Virus record (IMG/VR): IMGVR_UViG_3300031241_000001
Source: an uncultured virus (IMG/VR IMGVR_UViG_3300031241_000001)
Lineage: Duplodnaviria; Heunggongvirae; Uroviricota; Caudoviricetes
Reading direction: 5' to 3' (one strand)
DNA: 20,000 nucleotides
Made by a program: the position numbers and the translations under genes. Shown piece by piece: positions 8,145 through 15,416 of the stretch (the stretch's first letter is position 1; every line of letters begins with the position of its first letter). The notes beneath the pieces were generated by a model that saw only the letters and a program-made list of their open reading frames with translations, searched no databases and was not told where the DNA came from.

Positions 8145-8631
8145 GACAGCGCCCACGCTCGAGGCTCTCGCGCTCGACGCTCGCGCGCACGTCACCGACA
8201 TGCGCACGCAAGAGGTGACCGTCGACGCGTCACTGTTCTACGCTTACCCTGAGGTACTCGTCGCGGAGACCCAGTTCGGCGCGATGATCAGGCGCCCGAT
8301 GGAGTGGTTCCTCCGCGACCTCGCCTCGTTTGCCGCGCAGACGCACCCTCAGTTGCTGCTGTGCTGGCTCCGCGACGGCCTGGTCCCGGCAGCAGGCGCT
8401 GCGGGCGTCCATCTGTTCACGGGTGCCGGCGACTGGCGCGGGACCTGGACGATCGCACGCGTGCACCTCATCGGCAGACACGGCTACAACTACCGCACAC
8501 TCGGCTTCGTCGAGAAACCCGACCCGTGTTGGATCGTGGTCGGCATGCGGTCCCTCCAAGTGAGGGATCGCAACTACCGCCACCTGGTGGACGACGACAG
8601 CTACGCTCGCGACGAGCAGACCATCGCGTGA
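8137..8631 (+). CDS. Hypothetical protein (~164 aa)
   Basis: GGGGAG then GTG 8137; 8-nt overlap with the previous gene. Confidence 0.65.
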   Translation: MRKTAPTLEALALDARAHVTDMRTQEVTVDASLFYAYPEVLVAETQFGAMIRRPMEWFLRDLASFAAQTHPQLLLCWLRDGLVPAAGAAGVHLFTGAGDWRGTWTIARVHLIGRHGYNYRTLGFVEKPDPCWIVVGMRSLQVRDRNYRHLVDDDSYARDEQTIA

Positions 8632-8648
8632 AACCACGGAGGACTGAC

Positions 8649-9248
8649 ATGACTGAGACTGAGACCAAGCCCGCGGAGCCGATCGCTTTGTTCGACCTGG
8701 ACGGGAGCCTCGCGGATTTCGACGCTTCGATGCAGCGCAAGCTCGCGGAGCTGCGCAGCCCCGGCGAAGATCCGGCGGCGGACGAGACGGCGTTCGAGGA
8801 CGTGCCCTACGTCAAGGCACGCCGTCGGCTGATCAAGTCGCAGCCGGGCTTCTGGCGCGACCTGGAGCGGATCCCGCTGGGGTTCCAGATCCTCGAAGAA
8901 GCGCGGGAGCAGCGCTTCCTGTGCCAGATCCTCTCGAGGAGCCCGCGCAAGATTCCGCCCGCAGCTGCCGAGAAGATCGAGTGGTGCGTCAAGCACGTGC
9001 CCGACTTGCCCATCGTGCTCTCCGAAGACAAGGGCTTGGTCTACGGCAAGCTGCTCTGCGACGACTGGCCCGAGTACATCGCCCGGTGGCTCGCCTGGCG
9101 TCCGCGTGGACTCGTGGTCGCGGTGGCGCATCGGTGGAACGTCGGCATCGACGACCAGTTTCCCAAGAACGTCGTCAGGTTCGACGGGACGAACTTCGCG
9201 TACGTTCGAGAGCGCATGCAGGAGGTCCGCGCGACCGCGGGAGACTGA
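8649..9248 (+). CDS. 5'(3')-deoxyribonucleotidase-like HAD protein (NT5C family)
   Basis: GGAGG RBS; LFDLDGSLADF, GFWRDLERIP, EKIEW, K-x-LVYGKLLCDD, RWN. Confidence 0.8.
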   Translation: MTETETKPAEPIALFDLDGSLADFDASMQRKLAELRSPGEDPAADETAFEDVPYVKARRRLIKSQPGFWRDLERIPLGFQILEEAREQRFLCQILSRSPRKIPPAAAEKIEWCVKHVPDLPIVLSEDKGLVYGKLLCDDWPEYIARWLAWRPRGLVVAVAHRWNVGIDDQFPKNVVRFDGTNFAYVRERMQEVRATAGD

Positions 9249-9249
9249 G

Positions 9250-10308
9250 ATGAAGAAGCTGCCCGAGAGCGCCGAGCCGCACGTGCTCGCCGGCGAGGAA
9301 GCTCGACGACTAGGCCCGCCGACGAAACTCGACGCCCTCGTCCTCAGCCCTCGTCCCGCCGAGCTCGTGCAAGTACGCCCGGCCTCGGAGCAGCCCGCCG
9401 CGGTCTACCTGTCGCAGCTCACGAGCGTCGACAGCCGACCCGCGATGCGGTCGTCGCTCGAGAAGATCGCCACGATTGCAGACGCCCGTGCGACGGCGGA
9501 CACGCTGCCGTGGCACCAGCTCCGTTTCCAGCACACGATGGCGATCCGGGCAGCGCTCGTGTCGCGCTACGGCGTGCGCTCGGTCAACCGCATGCTATCG
9601 GCGTTGCGTGGCGTGCTGAAGACGGCGTGGCGCCTCGGGCAAATCGAGACGGCGGACTACCAGCGTGCGGTCGACTTCAAGGGGCTGAAGACGACGGACC
9701 TGCCGCCGTCGGGGCGCGTGGTCTCGATCGACGAGGTGAGCACCATCCTGATCGCGGCGGCGACCAAGCAGGACCCGCCGAAGAGCTGGCGTGACCAGGC
9801 GATGCTCGTCGCGATGTTCGCCGGCGGTCTGCGTCGCCAGGAGGTAAGCGCGCTCGATGTCGGGCACTTCGATGCGGGTGCGATCACGGTCCAGCGCGGC
9901 AAGGGCGGCAAGTTCCGCAAGACGTACCTCGCCGAGGGCTATCGCGAGTGGGTCGAACCTTGGGTGGAGTTCCAACGGGACCGCGGCTGCGTTCCGATGT
10001 TCGTGCGCTGGGACAAGGACGCGGGTCCTACGACGCGGCGACTGTCTCGTGCAGGCGTCGACCACGTGCTCGGGGAGCTGGTCGACCTGGCCGGCCTCGC
10101 GGACCTGACGCCGCACGACCTGCGCCGCACGTTCGCTACGGACCTGCTCGAGAACGGTGCGGACATCCTGATGGTGCAGAAACTCATGGGGCACGCCGAC
10201 GTCAAGACGACCGCCATCTACGACCGCCGTGGCGAGAAGAGCAAGCAGGCCGCTGCCGAGAAGATGCCCATCGCGGTCCGCTACGCGGATCGGAAGAAGG
10301 CGCGCTGA
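9250..10308 (+). CDS. Tyrosine recombinase/integrase (XerC/D-like fold)
   Basis: Complete catalytic set: GGLRRQE (R), GKGGK (K), HDLRRT (HxxR), MGH, TTAIY (Y); start ATG 9250 with GGAG. Confidence 0.93.
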   Translation: MKKLPESAEPHVLAGEEARRLGPPTKLDALVLSPRPAELVQVRPASEQPAAVYLSQLTSVDSRPAMRSSLEKIATIADARATADTLPWHQLRFQHTMAIRAALVSRYGVRSVNRMLSALRGVLKTAWRLGQIETADYQRAVDFKGLKTTDLPPSGRVVSIDEVSTILIAAATKQDPPKSWRDQAMLVAMFAGGLRRQEVSALDVGHFDAGAITVQRGKGGKFRKTYLAEGYREWVEPWVEFQRDRGCVPMFVRWDKDAGPTTRRLSRAGVDHVLGELVDLAGLADLTPHDLRRTFATDLLENGADILMVQKLMGHADVKTTAIYDRRGEKSKQAAAEKMPIAVRYADRKKAR

Positions 10309-10595
10309 TGTTTCACCTCACGGTAGCCCTGCTCACGGGGGCCTGCGCCCTCGTCTGGTTGCTCGACGTCCACGTCCACTTCTGCGACGCTTGCGGGCGC
10401 CATTGGACGCACACCAGGCTGTTCTCGTCGGGGCCGATGACGGGCGCGTCGCGACGGGCAGTGAGCGCTCGTCGTGCGCACACGTGCCTGTGCGGGGCCG
10501 TGCAGTGGTGGCGCGCCAGCGAGCGGCGGGAATCGGCGGTTGACCGTGAGGGTGGTGTGGACGGGCAAGTTGCGGAGGAGGAGAAGGAGGGATGA
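10308..10595 (+). CDS. Small protein with N-terminal hydrophobic helix and Cys/His motifs
   Basis: TGATG overlap; HFCDACGRHWTH...HTCLCG. Confidence 0.6.
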   Translation: MFHLTVALLTGACALVWLLDVHVHFCDACGRHWTHTRLFSSGPMTGASRRAVSARRAHTCLCGAVQWWRASERRESAVDREGGVDGQVAEEEKEG

Positions 10596-11011
10596 TCGTC
10601 CACGCGGTGACGACGGGGCAGGAGGCTTCTCGGGGGACTGACGTGCTCGACTACCTACGCGGACTACTCGCCGCGTACGCCTTCACGCCGCTGCACGAGG
10701 CTGACCTACAGGACCAGGTCGCGACCGTGCTGAACGCGGCCGGTGTCGACGTCGACCGGGAGGTCCTCACGGCGCGCGGGCGCTACGACCTGCTCGTGCG
10801 CGCGCGAGGCGTGAGCGTCGTCCTCGAACTCAAGGTCACCGGGTCAGCTCCCTCGGTCGAGCGCCAAGCGCAGAGGTACGCGCTGACCCCAGGCGTCGAG
10901 GCCGTCGCGGTCGTGACGACCTCGAACCGGCTCGCGCGGGAGCTGGTACGGGCCGGGGGCGAGAGCCTCGGGGGAAAGCCCTTCGCGGTGATCGCACTCC
11001 GGGGTTTCTGA
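10592..11011 (+). CDS. PD-(D/E)XK-family nuclease-like protein
   Basis: E..LQ helix, REV, RYDLLV (D), LELK (ExK), QAQRY (QxxxY); GGAGG RBS. Confidence 0.75.
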   Translation: MIVHAVTTGQEASRGTDVLDYLRGLLAAYAFTPLHEADLQDQVATVLNAAGVDVDREVLTARGRYDLLVRARGVSVVLELKVTGSAPSVERQAQRYALTPGVEAVAVVTTSNRLARELVRAGGESLGGKPFAVIALRGF

Positions 11012-12774
11012 TGCGCGCGGGGACAATCCGGATCGCGGACGACCGCTTCGTGATCGAGTGCGCGCCGCACGTCGCGATCAAGCTGCGTCGCGTGTTCGGT
11101 GGTGTGCAGCGCCTGCGCGCGGGCTCGTTCTCGCTGTCGGCGACCCCGGCGACCGCGCACGAGCTCGGTTGGTTTCGAAAGCGTTACCCGCTCGAGCTGG
11201 TCGACTGCGAGCGCGCGTTCCGCAAGCTCGTGAAGGCGGAGGTGAAGCGGATCGCTGCGATCAAGGAACTCGACCAGCCCGCCTACGTCCCGCGCGCGTT
11301 CGACCTCGCGATCCCTGCGCGCGAGTACCAGCGCGTGGCCGCGGACCTCGCGCTGCGCACCGGCGCGCTGCTGATCGCAGACGAACTCGGCTTGGGCAAG
11401 ACGGTCAGCGCGATCTGCGCCCTGACCGCGCCCGGCGCGTTGCCCGCGCTCGTCGTGACGATGACGCACCTGCCGCGGCAGTGGGAGCGCGAACTCTCGC
11501 GCTTCGCGCCGACGCTGCGGGTGCACCGGATCAGGAAGGGGCAGCCGTACCCGCTGGATGTCCCGCGGGTCGAGACCGACCACGTCGGCGGGCGTCGCCG
11601 TACCGCCTGGGGTCTCCCCGACGTGATCATCATCAACTACCACAAGCTCGTCGGTTGGGCTGACACGCTCGCGGCGATCGTCAAGACGGTCGTCTTCGAC
11701 GAAGTTCAGGAACTCCGGCACATGGGCACGCACAAGTACCGCAGCGCCGCGGCGATCGGCGGGGCTGTCAAGCTGAGCATCGGCCTGAGCGCGACGCCGA
11801 TCTACAACTACGGCGCCGAGATCTACGCGGTGCTCGACGCGATCAGCCCGGAGTGCCTCGGCACGCACCGCGAGTTCTTTGACGAGTGGTGCGGCGGTGT
11901 GGCCCTCGGCAGTGACCAGGATGCCCGCAAGGTGCGCGTCGCTGATCCAGTCGCGCTCGGCACGTACCTGCGCGAGGCGGGCCTGATGATCCGTCGCACG
12001 CGCAAGGAGGTCGGGCGTGAGTTGCCCGCGTTGACCGTCGTGCGCCACGCGGTCGACGTCGACGCGACGCGCATCAACGAGGCGGTCGCCGACGTCGCCG
12101 AGCTCGCGCGGCGCGTACTCGAGCGGACCGGCACGAACTTCGAGCGGATGCAGTGGTCGGGCGAGATCGACCACCGCATGCGCCAGGCGACCGGCATCGG
12201 CAAGGCGGCCGGCGTGGTCGACTTCGTGCGCTTGCTCGTCGAGGCCGGCGAGCGCGTCGTGCTGTACGGGTGGCACCACGAGGTCTACGCGCTGTGGCGA
12301 TCGGCGCTCGACAAGCACGACGTGCCGTACGCGATGTACACCGGTGAGGAGAGCGAGCGCGCGAAGGTCGACAGCGTCGCGGCGTTCACCAGGGGGGACG
12401 CGCGCGTCCTGATCATCAGCCTCCGGGCCGGTGCGGGCCTCGACGGCTTGCAGCACGTCAGTCGCACGGTCGTGATCGGCGAGCTGGACTGGTCCCCGAT
12501 GGTGCACCACCAGGATATCGGCCGTGTCTACCGCGACGGGCAGCAAGAACCGTGCGTCGCGTACTACCTCGTCGCCGACGAGGGCAGTGATCCGGTCATC
12601 GCTGACGTGCTCGGTCTCAAGGAAGCGCAGGCGACAGGCGTCATCGACCCAGATCGCGCAGGCGTGGCGCACCTGGTGGGTGCTTCCAACGACCACATTC
12701 GCAAGCTCGCCGAAGACGTGCTGCGCCGGAGATCAACGCGGAGCGCGGGTGCCGTCGCAGCGGAGCCCGGGTAG
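11011..12774 (+). CDS. SNF2-family (SF2) helicase/ATPase
   Basis: ADELGLGKT, FDEVQ, LSATP, MIRRTRKEV, GAGLDGLQ, QDIGRVYRDGQ. Confidence 0.92.
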   Translation: MRAGTIRIADDRFVIECAPHVAIKLRRVFGGVQRLRAGSFSLSATPATAHELGWFRKRYPLELVDCERAFRKLVKAEVKRIAAIKELDQPAYVPRAFDLAIPAREYQRVAADLALRTGALLIADELGLGKTVSAICALTAPGALPALVVTMTHLPRQWERELSRFAPTLRVHRIRKGQPYPLDVPRVETDHVGGRRRTAWGLPDVIIINYHKLVGWADTLAAIVKTVVFDEVQELRHMGTHKYRSAAAIGGAVKLSIGLSATPIYNYGAEIYAVLDAISPECLGTHREFFDEWCGGVALGSDQDARKVRVADPVALGTYLREAGLMIRRTRKEVGRELPALTVVRHAVDVDATRINEAVADVAELARRVLERTGTNFERMQWSGEIDHRMRQATGIGKAAGVVDFVRLLVEAGERVVLYGWHHEVYALWRSALDKHDVPYAMYTGEESERAKVDSVAAFTRGDARVLIISLRAGAGLDGLQHVSRTVVIGELDWSPMVHHQDIGRVYRDGQQEPCVAYYLVADEGSDPVIADVLGLKEAQATGVIDPDRAGVAHLVGASNDHIRKLAEDVLRRRSTRSAGAVAAEPG

Positions 12775-13080
12775 ATGGCGGTCTACGTCGACAGTGCGAT
12801 CTACGGTTTCGGCAGGATGGTGATGTGCCACATGCTCGCGGACACGCCTGCCGAGCTGCACGCGATGGCGGACCGCATCGGTGTCGCGCGTCGCTGGTTC
12901 CAGACGCCGCCGCGCGCGAGTTTCTGGCACTATGACGTCGCGAAGAGCGCACGGGCGCGCGCGGTCGCCGCTGGTGCGATCGAGTGCGACAGGAACACGT
13001 TCGTCACGGCACTGCGCCGGATCCGCGCGTCTGGTGTATTCGGTGATCTACCGCCCAAGAACCAAGGCCGAGCAACATGA
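12775..13080 (+). CDS. DUF4031-family protein
   Basis: MAVYVD...MCHMLADT..ELHAMA..IG..RRWFQ...HYD...RA.A...GA signature. Confidence 0.85.
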   Translation: MAVYVDSAIYGFGRMVMCHMLADTPAELHAMADRIGVARRWFQTPPRASFWHYDVAKSARARAVAAGAIECDRNTFVTALRRIRASGVFGDLPPKNQGRAT

Positions 13081-13352
13081 CCCCTCGCCGAGCACGCGAC
13101 GGATTGCCCATTCCAAGGCTTGGTCCGTCGAACGACACGTTCGACACGGCCCACATCGAGATGTGGCTTGGCGAATGCCTCGCGGACAACCCGCACCGCG
13201 CCGACATCGAGATGGTGTGGGCTGCCTGGGACGAAACCGTGATCGACTGCGCGCTCGATGACATCGAGCGCCTCAAGAAAGCGCCGCGCCGCCCCCGCTC
13301 TCCTATCGAGCAGATGGTCGACCGTGCGTGCGGAATCGACTGGGATACGTAG
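13077..13352 (+). CDS. Hypothetical protein (91 aa)
   Basis: ATGA overlap; protein-like composition. Confidence 0.65.
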   Translation: MTPRRARDGLPIPRLGPSNDTFDTAHIEMWLGECLADNPHRADIEMVWAAWDETVIDCALDDIERLKKAPRRPRSPIEQMVDRACGIDWDT

Positions 13353-13431
13353 AAATGATCGTCCACAACGTAACGGGGCTGCTGCTGCGTTACCTCTTGG
13401 CCGCAGTCGTCGAAGCATACAGCCGTGGCGT

Positions 13432-13521
13432 GCTCACTCCAACGCGGACGCCCTAGCTGTGGGCGCACGTCGAAGCGATCCTACAGTGGTGCTCAACGCC
13501 CGGAGATGAGACGACGTGAGC
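13432..13521 (+). repeat. Structured intergenic element, copy E
   Basis: GCTCAC/GTGAGC outer stem; CACTCC(13435-13440)...GGAG(13502-13505)-at-GAGAC(13508-13512); inner CGCCC/GGGCG hairpin. Confidence 0.5.
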
Positions 13522-13776
13522 CCCGTGAGCCTTCGCGAGGCCATGAGCGCGTACGTCGCGAGCAAGCGCACGCCGCGCGTCGTCCTTCCTAGAAACGGGA
13601 ACTGCCCGACTTCGGGGCTGCCCTACTTCGTGTGTCGATGCGACAACCACCGCTGCGGGGACTGCGGGCGTCGTTGGAGTCAGCGCAGCTCCGCAGGATC
13701 GAGCCCGGGCGCTTTCATCGCCTGCCAGTGCAGGGCGAACCGAATGCGGAACCTCACCACGCGGGGGCAGCCATGA
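13516..13776 (+). CDS. Cys-rich hypothetical protein
   Basis: CPTSG...CRC...CGDCG...CQC; ATGA overlap with the next gene. Confidence 0.55.
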   Translation: MSPVSLREAMSAYVASKRTPRVVLPRNGNCPTSGLPYFVCRCDNHRCGDCGRRWSQRSSAGSSPGAFIACQCRANRMRNLTTRGQP

Positions 13777-14183
13777 GGGGTCGAAGCGTGATCGTCGAGC
13801 GTCTCTGGGCCCTCTACGCGTGGCCCGAGCGGGGGCTCCCCATGCGCAAGATGACGGTCGCGAAGCTCCTCACGTACCGCGCGCAGCCCGACTACGTGAG
13901 TGACGTGGAGCGCACCAGGAAGCGGCCCACACGCGCGTGGGACTACGGACGGATCCGCCACTTCTACGAGCGCCTGCTGGCCGGTGAGAGGCTGGACGCG
14001 ATCGAGGTCGACAACGAGTGCGACTTCGGGAAGATCTACCCCGTGCCCGTCCTGCTCGACGGGCACCACCGACTGGCGGCGGCGCACCTCGCGGGCGCGC
14101 GGACCATCCACGTCAGCTACGGCGGGCGCCTCGACCTGCTGCGGTACCTCACCGGCGCGCGGAGGACTTGCCCCGAGACTTGA
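13773..14183 (+). CDS. ParB/Sulfiredoxin-like N-terminal domain protein
   Basis: LDAIEV...VLLDGHHRLAAAHLAG motif; no HTH or C-terminal domain; start ATG 13773. Confidence 0.7.
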   Translation: MRGRSVIVERLWALYAWPERGLPMRKMTVAKLLTYRAQPDYVSDVERTRKRPTRAWDYGRIRHFYERLLAGERLDAIEVDNECDFGKIYPVPVLLDGHHRLAAAHLAGARTIHVSYGGRLDLLRYLTGARRTCPET

Positions 14184-14189
14184 AGCTTT

Positions 14190-14233
14190 TGCTCAAGTGA
14201 CACTCCAGGCATGCTTGAGAGACACTTAAAGCA
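14190..14233 (+). repeat. Degenerate element copy D / upstream region of 14233 gene
   Basis: CACTCC 14201-14206, GAGACAC 14219-14225, stem AAGTG/CACTT; lacks GGAG. A competing hairpin ACTTGA..TCAAGT lies at 14178-14198. Confidence 0.35.
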
Positions 14234-14718
14234 TGGCCAAAAAACCTGCGGCTCAACTCCAGCGCGAGATCGACGTGACCCTCGCGAAGCGCGCTGCAAA
14301 GCAGCGTCAGAAAGAAGCGCGCCTCGTACGCGCGCAAGAAGCCTCTGAAGCAGGCACGTCCTGGCGTCGACAGATCATCGATCAAATCCAGCGCTGGGTC
14401 GAAGCGAATAACCAGGGTCTCTGGGACGAGCGCTACTACAACCTTGTCATCAAGCGTCTCACCAAGCTCGTCTCCTTCATCCGATCCTTCTTTCCCGACG
14501 CCCCCGAGGCGCCCATCGAGACGGACCTCGCCGCCGCGCTCATCGTGTTACCGCTTCGAGAAGCGCTGCCACTCGCGCGAAGACTGTTCGGTGCCGGTCC
14601 TGGCATCGCGCACGACCTCCAGGCAGAAGACCTGACCTTCAACACGGACTGGTTCCATCCAGAAGAGTTTCACTGGACCGGAGCACGCCGCCTACAGCCA
14701 CTAGCCTCGAAGCTGTAA
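14233..14718 (+). CDS. Hypothetical protein (161 aa)
   Basis: Clean ORF with TAA TAG double stop; own upstream gap. Confidence 0.75.
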   Translation: MAKKPAAQLQREIDVTLAKRAAKQRQKEARLVRAQEASEAGTSWRRQIIDQIQRWVEANNQGLWDERYYNLVIKRLTKLVSFIRSFFPDAPEAPIETDLAAALIVLPLREALPLARRLFGAGPGIAHDLQAEDLTFNTDWFHPEEFHWTGARRLQPLASKL

Positions 14719-14723
14719 TAGGG

Positions 14724-14866
14724 AACCTGGGCGCCCAGCGCCCAGCGGGTAACCAAGCGTGTGGGTAGTGGGTAGTCAGCCACCCGGATATGTACGACGC
14801 CACTCCAGCGTCTTCGGCGCGAGCAGCGTGGAGCCTGAGACACGGGTGGTGGGCTACCCAGGTTTT
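14724..14866 (+). repeat. Structured intergenic element, copy B
   Basis: TGGGTAG(14769-14775)/CTACCCA(14854-14860), CACCCG/CGGGTG, CTCCA/TGGAG, cUUCGg loop at 14812-14817, trailing TTTT; 22/26 identity to copy A. Confidence 0.7.
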
Positions 14867-14899
14867 GGCGTCGCGCTGTTGGCGACACTGACGGTCGGC

Positions 14900-15184
14900 A
14901 TGTTCCCCGCATTACCCGTGGGCATGCAGCCGCTCGCATTGACCGCCGACCAGGAGGCGCTCATCAAGGAGAGCCCCGCGTCTACGCCCGCGCTCGTCGA
15001 CGAGGACGCCTTGATGGCGATGCCGCTCGCCGAGGCCAAGCACCTGGTCGCCGCCGAGTTCGAGCGGCGCTACCTCCTGCGCGTGATGGAGCGGGCGGGT
15101 GGTCGGGTCTCGGAGGGCGCGCGTGTGGCGGGGCTCGACCGCACCAACTTCCGCCGCCTGCTCCAGCGGCACGGTCTTCGCTAG
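14900..15184 (+). CDS. Stand-alone Fis-type HTH (HTH_8) protein; start uncertain
   Basis: LAEAKHLVAAEFERRYLLRVMERAGGRVSEGARVAGLDRTNFRRLLQRHGL resembles the C-terminal domain of sigma54 enhancer-binding proteins; no AAA+/GAFTGA domain. Confidence 0.8.
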   Translation: MFPALPVGMQPLALTADQEALIKESPASTPALVDEDALMAMPLAEAKHLVAAEFERRYLLRVMERAGGRVSEGARVAGLDRTNFRRLLQRHGLR

Positions 15185-15191
15185 GAGAACG

Positions 15192-15416
15192 ATCACGAAG
15201 GACCTCAAGAGTCGATTCCTCGCTGCCATCGACCACGGCTGTGCCGCGGGGGACTCGCCCGCGCAGGCGTTCGATCGTCTGCGCGTCGATAACCCCGACG
15301 TCTTCCCGATCCCGCGCGGGCGCGAGTCATTCCTGGAGGCGTGCGCCGAAGTCGTGCGCGCGCACGAAGCCCACGTCACGCACAAGACCACGGGGCTGGA
15401 GGGCGCGTCATGCTGA
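15192..15416 (+). CDS. Hypothetical protein with non-canonical (ATC) or lost start
   Basis: AGGAG 15183-15187 followed by in-frame ATC 15192; GC3-rich frame to TGA 15416. Confidence 0.5.
   Translation: MTKDLKSRFLAAIDHGCAAGDSPAQAFDRLRVDNPDVFPIPRGRESFLEACAEVVRAHEAHVTHKTTGLEGASC

Noticed and set aside
9240..9252. GGAG-act-GAGAT as another element copy before the integrase
   Set aside because: Mismatch in GAGAC and no CRCTCC partner; simply the RBS and start codon.
4975..12777. Genome-wide TAG recoding (in-frame TAG at 4975; TAG-ATG junction at 12772-12777)
   Set aside because: Long conserved genes have no internal TAG and several end properly at TAG, often followed by a second stop.
13355..13456. 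33-aa ORF MIVHNVTGLLLRY...
   Set aside because: No RBS, weak codon bias, overlaps element E; unsupported.
13432..13512. SAM-I-like ending GGTGCT...AGATGAG
   Set aside because: No ATCxAGAG start, GCAACC or kink-turn/pseudoknot elements.
1916..14866. Classical integron attC array or CRISPR array
   Set aside because: No RYYYAAC/GTTRRRY ends, no regular repeat-spacer periodicity, no cas genes; most genes are coupled rather than single cassettes.
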